From an uncultured Desulfosarcina sp. (GTDB taxonomy: Bacteria > Desulfobacterota > Desulfobacteria > Desulfobacterales > Desulfosarcinaceae): 64,000 nt of DNA. Numbering within the stretch: the first letter of the stretch is position 1; every line of letters starts with the position of its first letter. Positions 7,811 to 18,604 of this stretch are shown piece by piece. Below the pieces are notes generated by a model. That model had not been told where the DNA came from. It searched no databases and worked only from the letters and a program-made list of their open reading frames with translations. The stretch is taken from contig CAXXWQ010000003.1 in the NCBI GenBank assembly GCA_963674945.2, positions 2,016,001-2,080,000 on the forward strand. The letters run 5' to 3'. The translations under genes were made by a program, and so were the position numbers.

Positions 7811-8851
7811 ATGTCAATCGCTTTCAAAAGCCCTTCTCCCAAGCACGCCTTCGCGGCCGCAGATGAGATCAAAGCCATCAATAAGCACTTTACCAAGCGC
7901 CAGGTACCAAAATCAAAAAATAACAATCTACTCTTGGCTTCCTGGAATATAGCCAACTTTGGAGCTCAAGACCGGACCGATGAGGCCTTAAAGGTCATAG
8001 CGCATATCCTCAAACGCTTTGACCTCATTGCCGTTCAGGAGGTTAACGACCAGTTCAGAACTTTCGAAAAAGTAATCTCTTTAATGGGAAAATCTTTCAA
8101 CTACGTTATGACTGACACGGCCGGTAATGCCGAGCGCCTGGCTTTTGCATACCGCCATAGCCTGGTTTCACCCTCCCATCTTTTCGGTGAGTTGTCGCTA
8201 AGGCCGCGCCAATATCCCAAAAGGACGGTCCGCGTGCGCTGGACAGACAAAAACGGTAAGGCTCAAGTTGATGTTTTCAAAAACCACCGCTTTGAACCCT
8301 TTGACCGCAACCCTTACATCGGCTCTTTCATTTCTGGAAATATCGAATTCACTCTGGCCAATGTGCATCTCTATTTTGGAGAATTCCAGGACTCAAAAAC
8401 CAGAGAACAGCGCGAAAAATACGCCCGGCGCGTTTTAGAAATTTATACCTTAAGCAAATGGGCCGGGGGGCGCATCAAAAAACATACTACCTATGACCCG
8501 GATATCGTCTTGCTGGGAGATATGAATGTGCCCTCGATGGAACCAAATGAAAGCACCTATAAGGCCCTTATAAAATTCGGCTGGCAGCCCGTAAATTTCG
8601 TGACCAAAACCGGCGGTTCCAACCTGGGCAACGATAAAACCTACGACCAAATGGCTTTTGCGCCTGGTAGCATTGGCAACCGCATCAAAGATTTTGGTGT
8701 TTTCGATTTTGACAAGGCCGTTTTCCAGCCCCTATGGAAAGATTTAATTTCCGAAATGTATAAAAGCAGGGCAATTGGCTTATTCAACCGCCACGTTAGA
8801 CACCATTTTTCCGATCATCGTCCTTTATGGGTTCAGTTAGATACCGTTTAA
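7811..8851 (+). CDS. Endonuclease/exonuclease/phosphatase (DNase I-like) family protein
   Basis: SWNIANF, IAVQEV, NVHLY, LGDMN, YDQ and SDHRP motifs; GGAGG RBS. Confidence 0.92.
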   Translation: MSIAFKSPSPKHAFAAADEIKAINKHFTKRQVPKSKNNNLLLASWNIANFGAQDRTDEALKVIAHILKRFDLIAVQEVNDQFRTFEKVISLMGKSFNYVMTDTAGNAERLAFAYRHSLVSPSHLFGELSLRPRQYPKRTVRVRWTDKNGKAQVDVFKNHRFEPFDRNPYIGSFISGNIEFTLANVHLYFGEFQDSKTREQREKYARRVLEIYTLSKWAGGRIKKHTTYDPDIVLLGDMNVPSMEPNESTYKALIKFGWQPVNFVTKTGGSNLGNDKTYDQMAFAPGSIGNRIKDFGVFDFDKAVFQPLWKDLISEMYKSRAIGLFNRHVRHHFSDHRPLWVQLDTV

Positions 8852-8963
8852 CTGGAAAAAAAACCTTGAAAACGTAATTTACCTATCATGATTTAAACCG
8901 GTATAGAGCTATATACGCGATTCCGTCAAATTTCTATAAGAATTCATACCAATTCACTTCATC

Positions 8964-8993
8964 AAAAAGGCCACCTATCAAGGCGGCCTTTTT
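8964..8993. terminator. Bidirectional intrinsic terminator
   Basis: AAAAAGGCCacctatcaaggcGGCCTTTTT between convergent genes. Confidence 0.75.
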
Positions 8994-9017
8994 GTTATTC
9001 TTATAATATTTATAAAT

Positions 9018-9515
9018 CTATTTCACGATAGTTATTTTCATATTTGGCGGACTTTCAAGAGTAGAACCATCACAATAAATATAACCAATAATTTTAAACT
9101 TTGAAACATCAATGTCATGTTCTCCGACAGTATAAAGTTTTATCCAGTTCGAATCTCGGATAGTGATAGTATTATCGTTAATTGCTTTAACAATGCCGAC
9201 ATGACCGACACCTAAACCTATTTTTGAAGGGTCCTTGTCAAAAACGATGATCGCGCCTACGCGAGGCTCTTGTCCTACCGCATAGCCTGCCTGTTGAGCC
9301 TTATCATAACATGTCCAGGCTTCGCCGTTACATCCACGGTAGGAAATCTCTGTCTCATGGCGAACATATTTAACACATTGACCATTATCCTTTTCTTTAT
9401 TTAAGTCAATTACATCTTTAAAGGCTGTCGAACGACAAATAAAATTTTGATAAGCATATGTATCGCTAACGCCTAAAAAGAAAAATGCCAGTAAAATTAA
9501 ACTTGATTTTTTCAT
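9018..9515 (-). CDS. Secreted CHAP-domain amidase/peptidase
   Basis: Signal peptide, GQCVKYV (Cys), PRVGAIIVF, GHVGIV (His) and DSNW. Confidence 0.88.
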   Translation of the reverse strand: MKKSSLILLAFFFLGVSDTYAYQNFICRSTAFKDVIDLNKEKDNGQCVKYVRHETEISYRGCNGEAWTCYDKAQQAGYAVGQEPRVGAIIVFDKDPSKIGLGVGHVGIVKAINDNTITIRDSNWIKLYTVGEHDIDVSKFKIIGYIYCDGSTLESPPNMKITIVK

Positions 9516-9585
9516 TATCGCACCTCTTCTAAGAGCAATAATATATTGATATTATCCTGGTTGCTTATAAAAAATTTGCAAACTA

Positions 9586-10230
9586 CTATAAAAATATCAA
9601 TGATCCTATCATTTTTTCTATAATTTCAATTTCCTCTTGTTGGTTTTCTTTGCCATTTCCAACACTATGGGCAAAGTCATAGTAGTATTTTTCGTTAGAA
9701 ATTAAGGCACCAGCCACTGGCAAAGTCATGTCCCAGGTACCATCCCTTTCCTTGTTTTTTTCAGAAATACTATATAAATAAACTATTTGTCCATTTCTTA
9801 AAGTTATAATTTTAAATTCTTTGCTAAGATTTTTAAAGGAATTAAAATATTCTACAACCGTATTATTTTCTATATTATAAATACAAATCGAAATTTCTTT
9901 TGGTTGCACAGCCACGGGCTCACCTGTTTCAGGAAACTTGCCATTATCGGAAAAATCTATATACACCCGGCCAAATTTATTTTTAAACGATTCATCAACC
10001 CTGACAAACCAATTATTCGGATAATTAATCTCAAAACCATATTCCTCATTCCTGTAAATTTGCCAATCAAAAGTATCAATTTCCTTCTTAGTAGAACTTG
10101 ATACCATTTCCGATTCATTGCTTAAAATAACCTTTGTACTTACATTATCTTTATTGGCGGGTTTCCAAAAAAAGATAAAGCATATTAATGATAGAAAGAT
10201 AATACAAATATAAATATATATTTTCTTCAT
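9586..10230 (-). CDS. Membrane-anchored PsbP/DcrB-like protein
   Basis: N-terminal TM, DWQIYRNEEYGFEINYPNNW motif and C-terminal IIEKMIGSLIF helix-strand. Confidence 0.7.
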   Translation of the reverse strand: MKKIYIYICIIFLSLICFIFFWKPANKDNVSTKVILSNESEMVSSSTKKEIDTFDWQIYRNEEYGFEINYPNNWFVRVDESFKNKFGRVYIDFSDNGKFPETGEPVAVQPKEISICIYNIENNTVVEYFNSFKNLSKEFKIITLRNGQIVYLYSISEKNKERDGTWDMTLPVAGALISNEKYYYDFAHSVGNGKENQQEEIEIIEKMIGSLIFL

Positions 10231-10827
10231 ACGTTTAACGATTAATAATATATAATCGGCTAATTCTTATTAAAATTGAGCGATAAGGATATATAGTCGA
10301 TTATTAATCTAAATTTTATAATAGCAGTGATTTTTTTGATTATGTTTAGACAAAATAGTATTGTTTTTAAAAATTTTAAAAATAAAGTTGATATATAAAT
10401 AATATCATAGAAAGAAAATATGTCCAATAGCCTGGATAGCTTGGATTTCTAACTATAGGCCTTCCAACAAAAAGATAGGAGTGTTCCAATAATTTGGGTA
10501 TAAATGGGTGCATAGCACCCGGTTCAAAAACAAACAATCAATATGTTCCGGCAGTGTTAATAGTTCATGGGCGGCCTTGTTTAGATAAAATAGTGAAATT
10601 TTTGTTACTAACTGAAATTGTATTTTTCAAAATTTTTCACAATTACAATCAAAATCTACATTTCTCCTTTTTTCTCATAAAAATAACCACCTAAAAGAAT
10701 TAGCCATTCCTAACATCATGGTATTGGCATATAAATTGCTATTTTATTCCTGTTGGCTCTTTGACAACTAAAGACGTAACTTGCTAAAATAATAGAATAA
10801 AATAAGAATTAACTATATTATTACATT

Positions 10828-11496
10828 ATGAAAAAATTTAAACTAATTGGAATAAGCATTATTCCAATCATTTTATTATCTGCCTGCGTCCAGAAAGCGC
10901 AAGATAGCCAAAAAACAGGTGATGCAGAGCAAATAGATAATTCTCAACAAGAAGTGGCCGAAGATACCAATACCAAAATCGGGCCAGAGATTTTGGAAAC
11001 CGATATTGATACCAGCGACTGGCAAACTTATCGAAATGATGAATATGGGTTTGAAATCAAACATCCAGACGATCTTTATACAGTTAAAGATGATGGTCTA
11101 ATATGGGGAGATAGTAGCTCCATTAAAGGCGCAATAAAATTAATTGAGAGTAAGCCATATCAAAAGAGTTTTGCTACTAATACCCTTTTTTGGATAATCT
11201 TTGTAACAAAGGAAGATATTGATAGATTCGAAGAAAAATTAAATAGTCTTGTTAAAATAGACACTGAATTTGATTACTCAAAGGTAATTCTGAATAACTC
11301 AAACGGAATTCAATATTTAAAATACGAATTTTGTAGCTATCAGGAACAAATTAATTGTCAGGAAAAAAATTCAAAATTCTATTTTTGGGTTAATAATGAA
11401 TTTTATATTAGTTTTCAAGGTGATGGATGGTATTCTACAAATAACTCTGAAGAGATACTTCATGAAATAATTGATAGTTTTATCTTTACAAAATAA
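10828..11496 (+). CDS. PsbP/DcrB-like lipoprotein
   Basis: Lipobox LSAC, DWQTYRNDEYGFEIKHP and C-terminal ILHEIIDSFIF; paralogous to 9586-10230. Confidence 0.72.
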   Translation: MKKFKLIGISIIPIILLSACVQKAQDSQKTGDAEQIDNSQQEVAEDTNTKIGPEILETDIDTSDWQTYRNDEYGFEIKHPDDLYTVKDDGLIWGDSSSIKGAIKLIESKPYQKSFATNTLFWIIFVTKEDIDRFEEKLNSLVKIDTEFDYSKVILNNSNGIQYLKYEFCSYQEQINCQEKNSKFYFWVNNEFYISFQGDGWYSTNNSEEILHEIIDSFIFTK

Positions 11497-12170
11497 TAGT
11501 TTGAGGTGAGGAATTATTATTGATAGTGGCCGAAAAAGAATTATAGGAGGGTTAATGAAAAACCGAAAAATATTATTTATGGTGACTGTTTGGTTTTTAC
11601 TATTAATTTACCGGCCTTGTTTTGCAGATATAGATGATGTTCTAAAACAAATTGTTCCAAAAATGACTGGCTTAGGATACACCCATTTACAATATAACCC
11701 CTCCAAAGTTCCAGGTCATACTCATTTGGGGGTAGATATTATGGCTCCATGTGGATCTTTGATTTATCCATTTGCTGACGGAATTGTTACGAAGATATTC
11801 AATAATACAAACGGTCTCGGTTACGCTATTATGATTCGTCATCCTGGATTAGGTAGCCTCGGAAAGGATCTTTATACAATATATCTACATATGCAAAGCG
11901 AACCAAATATTAATGGCAAAATATTATCTACTGGCGATAATGTTTTTATTGATAAGCCGATAGGCGAAATAGGCGAATCAGGATTTGCATCTGGTTGTCA
12001 TACTCACTATGAAATTCGTAATTTTTATCATGAGAATGCACCTGGTGGTGGTTGGTATCATAAAGATTCAAAAAATTGCGATGGAACACAAAACATTTAT
12101 GCTTGTGGTGATTTGAGCGATGTTGATTGGGCTATAAATGATTGGGAAAATCCACAAACATTTAAAGTTT

Positions 12171-13218
12171 CTGGGGTATGCACTTGACTCCAGTGGCCAC
12201 AACATATAGTGTACCAGTCTATGGAGGAAGATTACCCCAGAACGTTGATAGAATTTGAAAAACGATTTAGCTCTGAAGCTGGATGCACTGACTATTTGAT
12301 GGCTCTTAGATGGCCCGAAGGCTTCCGTTGCCCTCATTGCGGTTCTGCATCCTCGTGGAGAACTAAACGATCCCAGTTTCATTGTACTGATTGTGGAAAT
12401 CAATCTACGATAACTTCCGGTACAATTTTTCACGGCACCAGAAAGCCCTTGTCTCTTTGGTTTCGGGCTATGTGGCACATTACAGGTCAGAAGTACGGAG
12501 CTAATGCACTTGGGCTTCAGAGAGTACTTAACCTTGGGAGTTATAATACCGCCTGGCAATGGCTCCATAAACTTCGAAGAGCAATGGTTCGTCCAGGACG
12601 TGACCGATTGTCCGGGATTGTTGAAGTTGATGAAACCTATGTCGGTGGGAAAAAGTCTGGAAAACGCGGTCGGGGTGCTGAAGGTAAAGCTTTGGTCGGT
12701 ATTGCCGTGGAGGATAAAGGCCGAAAAGGAATTGGGCGAATTAGACTCTGGCACCTCGAAGACGCATCGGGAGATAGTCTGACTCAATTTGTACAAGAAA
12801 TCGCCCAGCCAGGCAGCACCATCAGGACGGATGATTGGCCCGGCTATAGCAGCCTTGGCGATAAAGGATTTAAGCATATTGCGATTCCATCGCATGACTT
12901 GAAGATTGTACATTTGGTAGCGTCGCTCATGAAACGATGGTTACTTGGTACTTATCAAGGGGCGGTCAGACCGTCTCATTTGATGTACTATTTGGATGAA
13001 TTCACATTCAGGTTCAACCGTAGAACATCAGTGTCTCGCGGAAAACTATTTTACAGGCTGGTCCAACAGGCCGTGATGGTGGACCCTGCCCCAGCTAGTA
13101 CTCTTAAAGGTGCATCGTTACCGTTTTTGGAAGGGGCAGCAAATTTAAATCTCGATCCAATTGACGATGACCTGGGCCACAACATATAGTATGTGCTGGA
13201 TTTAAGTGCATACCCCAG
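12171..13218 (+). mobile_element. IS1595-family insertion sequence, copy 2
   Basis: Same TIRs as copy 1; 8-bp TSD TAAAGTTT (12163-12170, 13219-13226). Confidence 0.96.
12209..13189 (+). CDS. IS1595-family DDE transposase
   Basis: Protein identical to 3380-4360. Confidence 0.95.
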   Translation: MYQSMEEDYPRTLIEFEKRFSSEAGCTDYLMALRWPEGFRCPHCGSASSWRTKRSQFHCTDCGNQSTITSGTIFHGTRKPLSLWFRAMWHITGQKYGANALGLQRVLNLGSYNTAWQWLHKLRRAMVRPGRDRLSGIVEVDETYVGGKKSGKRGRGAEGKALVGIAVEDKGRKGIGRIRLWHLEDASGDSLTQFVQEIAQPGSTIRTDDWPGYSSLGDKGFKHIAIPSHDLKIVHLVASLMKRWLLGTYQGAVRPSHLMYYLDEFTFRFNRRTSVSRGKLFYRLVQQAVMVDPAPASTLKGASLPFLEGAANLNLDPIDDDLGHNI

Positions 13219-13311
13219 TAAAGTTTTTTGTCCAAATTTGGTTCCTTTGAGTAAGGACACAAAAATACCAGGTCCTTCTGGAATAATAATTGACATAAGA
13301 AAATAAAAAAA

Positions 13312-13347
13312 AGAAAAGCTGATTACTTTAAAGTGGTCAGCTTTTCT
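13312..13347 (+). terminator. Intrinsic terminator after the M23 gene
   Basis: AGAAAAGCTGATTAC-tttaaa-GTGGTCAGCTTTTCT hairpin. Confidence 0.7.
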
Positions 13348-13377
13348 ATTTCAAAGTGGATAGGATAAATCCAGGCT

Positions 13378-13535
13378 CCACCAAACCACCCCAATTAGTT
13401 TGGTGCCTTTATCATCCACCGCCAATAATAGCCAAATCTCTAAAGCTATACCACTCCGCCAACTCCCTCAAAAACCGCAAAACCAGTTTGGTCAAAAACC
13501 TCCCCAAATAGTTTGCTTGCACGTCCTCTGGCGTG
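13378..13535 (+). repeat. Dispersed ~158-bp direct repeat, copy A
   Basis: Near-identical to 17244-17400; contains three CCAAA-like...AGTTTG(G) units. Confidence 0.9.
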
Positions 13536-13624
13536 AAGGTCTCATTCAAAAATCCTTGATTTACCTTTTCTAATCAGTTATTTATATGCAAAAATAATCT
13601 TCCCATATAAAATCAGAGATAATA

Positions 13625-16600
13625 ATGCCAAATATAACTATAGGCCGTGAAAACTTTCGCTCAATTTTTCTCGTTATATCTTTCTTTCTTCTTTCTATAC
13701 TCCTTTTTGAAGCAGTCGCTACCCCCCAGACACAGGAGGACGTATCAAAATTAATTAAACAACTCAAAAACGAATCGAATGTAAACATTCGCCGGAAGGC
13801 TGCATCCGCCTTGGGAAGGATAGGACCGGCTGCCAAAGACGCTGCGCCCGCACTAATTCACGCCATGGAAAACGATCCAGAAAAATCTGTTCGCTATAAT
13901 TCAGTAGTGGCCCTGGGCAGAATCGGAGCGGCTTCCAAAGAAACTGTACCCGCACTCATAAATATTTTCGAAAACAATAAAGAAAAAAATGTCCGTCAGA
14001 ACGCTATATCCGCCTTGGGAAGGATAGGACCGGCTGCCAAAGACGCTGTGCCAGCACTAGTTCACGCCATGGAAAACGATCCAGAAAAATCTGTTCGCTA
14101 TAGTTCAGCAGAGGCCCTGGGCAAAATCGGACCAAATGCCAAAGAAGCCGTCCCCGCCCTGATCAAAATACTGGAAAACGATTTGGATGCAAACAATCGT
14201 CAGAACGCGGCATCCGCCATAGGAGGAATCGGAGCGGCTGCCAAAGAAGCCGTCCCCACACTCATAAATATTTTCGAAAACGATACAGAAGAGAGAGTCC
14301 GCCAGAGCGCGGCATCCGCCTTGGGAAGGATCGGACCGGCTGCCAAAGAAGCCGTCCCCACCTTGATCAAAATACTGGAAAACGATTTGGATGCAAACAA
14401 TCGCCGGTACGCAGCATCCGCCCTGGGAGGGATCGGGCCGGAAACCAAAAACGTCATCCCTGCGCTCATAACCGCCCTGAAAAACGATGCGGACAAATAT
14501 GTCCGCCAGAGCGCGGCATCCGCCCTGGGAAGGATCGGGCCGGAAGCCAGAGACGCCGTACATGCACTCATACACGCTATGGAAAACGATACGAATGAAG
14601 ACGTTCGCTGGAGCGCGGCAGAGGCCCTGGGAGGGATCGGCCCGGCTGCCAAAGAGGCTGTCCCATCGCTCATCCATGCCTTGAAAAAGGATCCGTCTGG
14701 ATTATGGATCCGTGAGAACGCGGCATCCGCCTTGGGAAAGATCAGCCCGGAAGACAAAGAGGTCATCACTGCGCTCGTCCATGCTTTGGAAAACGAGAAG
14801 GATGAAGATATTCTCAGAAGCGTGGCAGGGGCCCTGGGAGGGATCGGCCCGGCCGCCAAGGATGCCGTAACTGCGTTCATATACACCATAGAAAAAAACA
14901 ATACGAATAAAGGGGTGAGCCAGAGAGCAGCGGGGATTCTAAAGAGACTGGCTATAGATCTATCAGAAGCTAAAGCCGTAGATATGATTGAGCCGCTCAA
15001 ACGCGCTTATAAAATCCTTTTAGCATCACGATACAAAGAGGAGGCTAGTATCGTCGAACTTGCTATAATAAATCTTGAACATGAAAGAGATAGATTCCCC
15101 TGGTGGCAAGCTTTCGCTGAATGGATAATAAATCACCTTTGGGTAAGCACTCTTATATCTCTCTACCTTTTGTGGGCAATTCTTTGGCTCAGCATTTTCT
15201 TTATAAATCCCCTCAAAATCATCCCCATAAATGAGAAACTGAAAAACCTGGAGTTCAAACCCAAATGGGCCGGTGGCATAGCCATCTCCCTACGCCATCT
15301 TTTGTTTGTCGGCTTTTTCTACTATAGTCCCCGCGTGTTAGATTCCTGGGTTAAAGCACATATCGAAACCGTGCGCTCTGAGTTCGAAGAGAAAGACACA
15401 GTAAAAGACCGTGCTATCCACATTCCAATTCCGGTTGAAATAGACAAAAAGCCTATCTCTGATCTAAACCCAGCAGACCTCAAACCCGGTTTTAAACACC
15501 CCTTAGTCTGTCTCCTAATTTATGGTGAAGGTGGTGCTGGCAAAACCAGCTTGTCCTGCCAAATCGCCAAATGGACCATGTCTGAGAATGTTGACAACCG
15601 TCCGGCTGCCCACCTCATGCTTCCGGTTTTAATTGAAGACGAAATAGACAATGGTGTAGACCAAGCGTTTATGGACGTCATTAAAAGACAACTCCAAATC
15701 CTAACCAAAGAACCTGACCCTATCTCAGACGATTTTTTAAACCACCTGCTCAGACGGCAGCGAGTTTTGGTAATTGTCGATCATCTATCCGAAATGAGTG
15801 AGGCCACGCGCTCCCAGATTAAACCCGGTCGCGCCGATTTTCCGGCTAACGCCTTAATTGTAACCTCACGACTAAGAGAAAAGGAAATATTAGGCAATTT
15901 AACACAAAGCACGATCAAGCCAATGCGAGTCCAAGGCAACCAGCTTTCTAATTTCATGGAGGCCTATCTCCGGCAAAAAGGAAAGCGCAAACTATTTGGG
16001 CATAGCGAATACTTTGCCGCCTGCCAAAGACTTTCGGAAATGGTTGCTGATCGCGATATCACTGTCCTCCTGGCCAAGCTTTATGCCGACCAAATGATTG
16101 CCCAAAAAGAGTCTGAGGCTGGAGAGAGGCTACCGGACAACATCCCCGACCTAATGATAAAATATCTAAATACAGTCAACCAGGTGATAAAAGAAGACCG
16201 TCTAAAAGACAGAGACGTGCACTGCGCGGTGAAACCTTTGGCCTGGGAATGCCTTAAAGAAGCTTTAAAGCCCGGATACGTTAAAATAAGAACCGCAATA
16301 GAGGTATTAACCTTATCCGGACTTACTGAGGAAGATGTAGAGGCGCGGCTTCACTATCTGGAAAATCGCCTACGTTTAATCCAATTGCTCGAGCCTATAA
16401 AAGACCGTTACCGTTTCGTTCTTGACCCCTTATCCGAATATCTGGCTGCTCTTCATTTGCTTGATGAATCTTCCCAAAAAGAAGATACCGAGGTTTTTTG
16501 GCAGGAATTTCTAATTGATGCTGACGCAATGGAGGGTCAGCCAGAAGAAAAAAAAGGCTTTTTCCTAGCTTTAAGGGATTGTGCAATAGCTAAAAAGTCT

Positions 16601-17208
16601 GAATTCAAAATCCCAGACTTTTTAGAAGATGAGCTCGATAAGAGAGCCGGCCTTGATCCTGAAGCCATTGAGCAATATCGTATAGAACAACGCATTTAAA
16701 ATTCATCAACCGTTTAAACGATTCTAAAACCAATGACCGAGGAAACGCCGCTAGTGAGCTTGGGCAACTTGGTGTGAGAGCTAAAGAAGCCGTACCTGCC
16801 CTGATTAGGGTGCTTGAATCAGACGTGCGTAGATTGGTTCGCTGGCACACGATAAATGCCTTGGGTCAAATCGGTCCGGCTGCCCAAGCGGCTGTACCCG
16901 TACTGGTTACAGTGCTGGAAACAGATGAGGATATAAAGGCTAAGAAATTTGCAATAAATGCCTTGGGTCAAATCGGCCCAGCGACCGAAGCGGTTGTAAA
17001 ATCACTGGTTAAGTCGCTTGAGACAGATGAGAGTGTATCAATTCGTATGCAAGCGGCAGTTTTCCTCGCTAAAATTGGCCCCATGACTAAAGCTGTTATA
17101 CCCGCGCTGTTCAAAGTGATGAAGCATGAAAGAGACGAAAGAGTACGAAAAGATATTCAAAGAACCCTTGATAAAATCCAATCCCAAAACCCAAGCTTAA
17201 AAAAATAA
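13625..17208 (+). pseudogene. HEAT-repeat / TM / NACHT-like STAND NTPase / HEAT-repeat protein (~1194 aa) with a 1-nt frameshift at ~16696
   Basis: N-terminal hydrophobic segment, ~34-aa HEAT units (RxxAAxALGRIGPAAKEAVPAL), TM segment, Walker A GEGGAGKTS and Walker B VLVIVDHLSE. After RI* the -1 frame continues LKFINRLNDSKTNDRGNAASELGQLG into ORF 16774-17208. Confidence 0.82.
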
Positions 17209-17243
17209 CCCCGCTCCTCGCGGGGTCTACCCATTCATTAACC

Positions 17244-17400
17244 CCACCAAACCACCCCATTTAGTTTGGTGTTTCCTGAACTATCCGCCAATAATAGCCA
17301 AATCTCTAAAGCTATACCACTCCGCCAACTCTCTCAAAAACCGCAAAACCAGTTTGGTCAAAAACATACCCAAATAGTTTGCCTGCCGTTCTCTGGCGTG
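17244..17400 (+). repeat. Dispersed ~158-bp direct repeat, copy B
   Basis: Matches 13378-13535 and follows the terminator hairpin ACCCCGctcctcgCGGGGT. Confidence 0.9.
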
Positions 17401-17799
17401 GCTGGCCTTATTCCAAAATCTCAATAGATTAAGAACTCATAAACACAAATGAGCATTATAAAAACGGCCATCCGGCAGCTCTCGCTTCCTCGCCAGCTCG
17501 TTGTAAAGGAATTTCAATGTTTTCATTAATGTCAGGCAAATTAAAATACATTGAAATTCAACCTTGCTCATTCGCATGTCCCGCATTCGTTGTGCGGGTG
17601 CGCGAAGCGCATAACTTGGTCGCGGGGTCTGTATTGCCCTTTGGGTTCCCTCGCCCGGCTTCAAACAGCCTCGCTTTCGCTCGCTCGCCGTTCTCGGCAA
17701 TATTCCCTCTCTGGCCTTTTCACTCTCGGAGCCTCTTGCCGTGCCAGCCCGACTTCCTCCCAGGGTGAAATTTTATAATGTTTCCCTCTTTTAAAAATA

Positions 17800-17933
17800 T
17801 ACGCCTCATGTCCATCTTTCCCAATCTTAACAGCACCTCTTGCTCTGTCAAAGTGCTTGCCTTTAGGCACTCCACTTTTGACAGAACCGAGGTCACCGCT
17901 GTTGTCTCAGGGCCAGACGGTCATTAAGGCGGT
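17800..17933 (+). promoter_or_regulatory. Frpo/ssi-like long imperfect hairpin (candidate ssDNA promoter) 1
   Basis: Arms AACAGC-ACCTC-TCTGTCAAAGTG and CACTTTTGACAGA-GAGGT-GCTGTT. The complement of the left arm reads TTGACA-16-TAAGAT with an extended TG. Confidence 0.65.
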
Positions 17934-17977
17934 AGGGCTGATCTTTAACATTAACAAACACCGCCAGGAAAAAATTT

Positions 17978-18124
17978 ATGAATAACCAGTTCATAGCCGG
18001 CGTTTCCGCTAACTTAAGGAAACAGGGCCTTGACTCCAAAGTCATCCGCTACGTTGTCGGGAAACTCAAGTATTCCTTCAAAACCGGCGTTTGGGTCGGC
18101 GAGCAAAAAAGTCAGGTCAAATAA
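17978..18124 (+). CDS. 48-aa hypothetical protein MNNQFIAGVSANLRKQGLDSKVIRYVVGKLKYSFKTGVWVGEQKSQVK
   Basis: Lies between the hairpin and a terminator; its C-terminal SFKxGxxVG resembles ORF 19575-19775. Confidence 0.6.
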   Translation: MNNQFIAGVSANLRKQGLDSKVIRYVVGKLKYSFKTGVWVGEQKSQVK

Positions 18125-18137
18125 ACGGGCACAAGCC

Positions 18138-18174
18138 AAAAGGCGAAGTAGTTTAAAACTACTTCGCCTTTTTT
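18138..18174. terminator. Bidirectional intrinsic terminator
   Basis: AAAAGGCGAAGTAGTTT-AAAACTACTTCGCCTTTT inverted repeat with a T tail. Confidence 0.8.
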
Positions 18175-18227
18175 GCGGTTCAATGGACTTTTAAAATTAT
18201 TTCTTCCAGTCCAAAAGAGGTAAATAA

Positions 18228-18479
18228 CTAAGCCCTGGTAGGAATTTTCAACTCCAATCCCTTATTCTCCAATTTCTCAACCCTCTCCTCAAACCGATCA
18301 TGCGCCGCCTGATTAGATAAATGCTCAGTTTTATGATCCTCATATTCCTTGGCAATTGTATCAACTACTGTCAGAACTTTGCCAATTTCCATTTTAATTT
18401 CCTCCTTCGCGTCTTCCAACCCGCGTTTGAATTCATCCTTCGTAACCAATAGATTAAATTGTTCTGGTGTTAATGTCAT
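18228..18479 (-). CDS. Small coiled-coil hypothetical protein
   Basis: LVTKDEF...VLTVVDTIAK...AHDRFEERVEKLE, a pattern I associate with Patescibacteria hypotheticals. Confidence 0.7.
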   Translation of the reverse strand: MTLTPEQFNLLVTKDEFKRGLEDAKEEIKMEIGKVLTVVDTIAKEYEDHKTEHLSNQAAHDRFEERVEKLENKGLELKIPTRA

Positions 18480-18604
18480 AAAGCAAAAAGATAATATAAT
18501 TATAGCTATTTATAGTATAAATTACACCGCCATATCTGTCAAACTGGACGGACAAATCAAATCCATTATCAAATGAGCGGTGCGGTACCCAACCCGGAAA
18601 ATAA

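Larger units (their letters stand above)
11555..13306 (+). pseudogene. Secreted M23 metallopeptidase (231 aa reconstructed) with its C-terminal tail split off by IS1595
   Basis: HLGVD (HxxxD), YLHM and HTHYE (HxH). Removing the IS and one TAAAGTTT restores ...TFKVFCPNLVPLSKDTKIPGPSGIIIDIRK* ending at 13306. Confidence 0.85.

Noticed and set aside
13760..14880. ~102-bp periodic DNA repeats as a CRISPR-like array
   Set aside because: They are in-frame HEAT coding repeats with no unique spacers and no cas genes.
16690..16705. Programmed -1 frameshift in the HEAT-NTPase gene
   Set aside because: TTTAAAA is not phased as X XXY YYZ in the upstream frame; a single-T loss or sequencing error is simpler.
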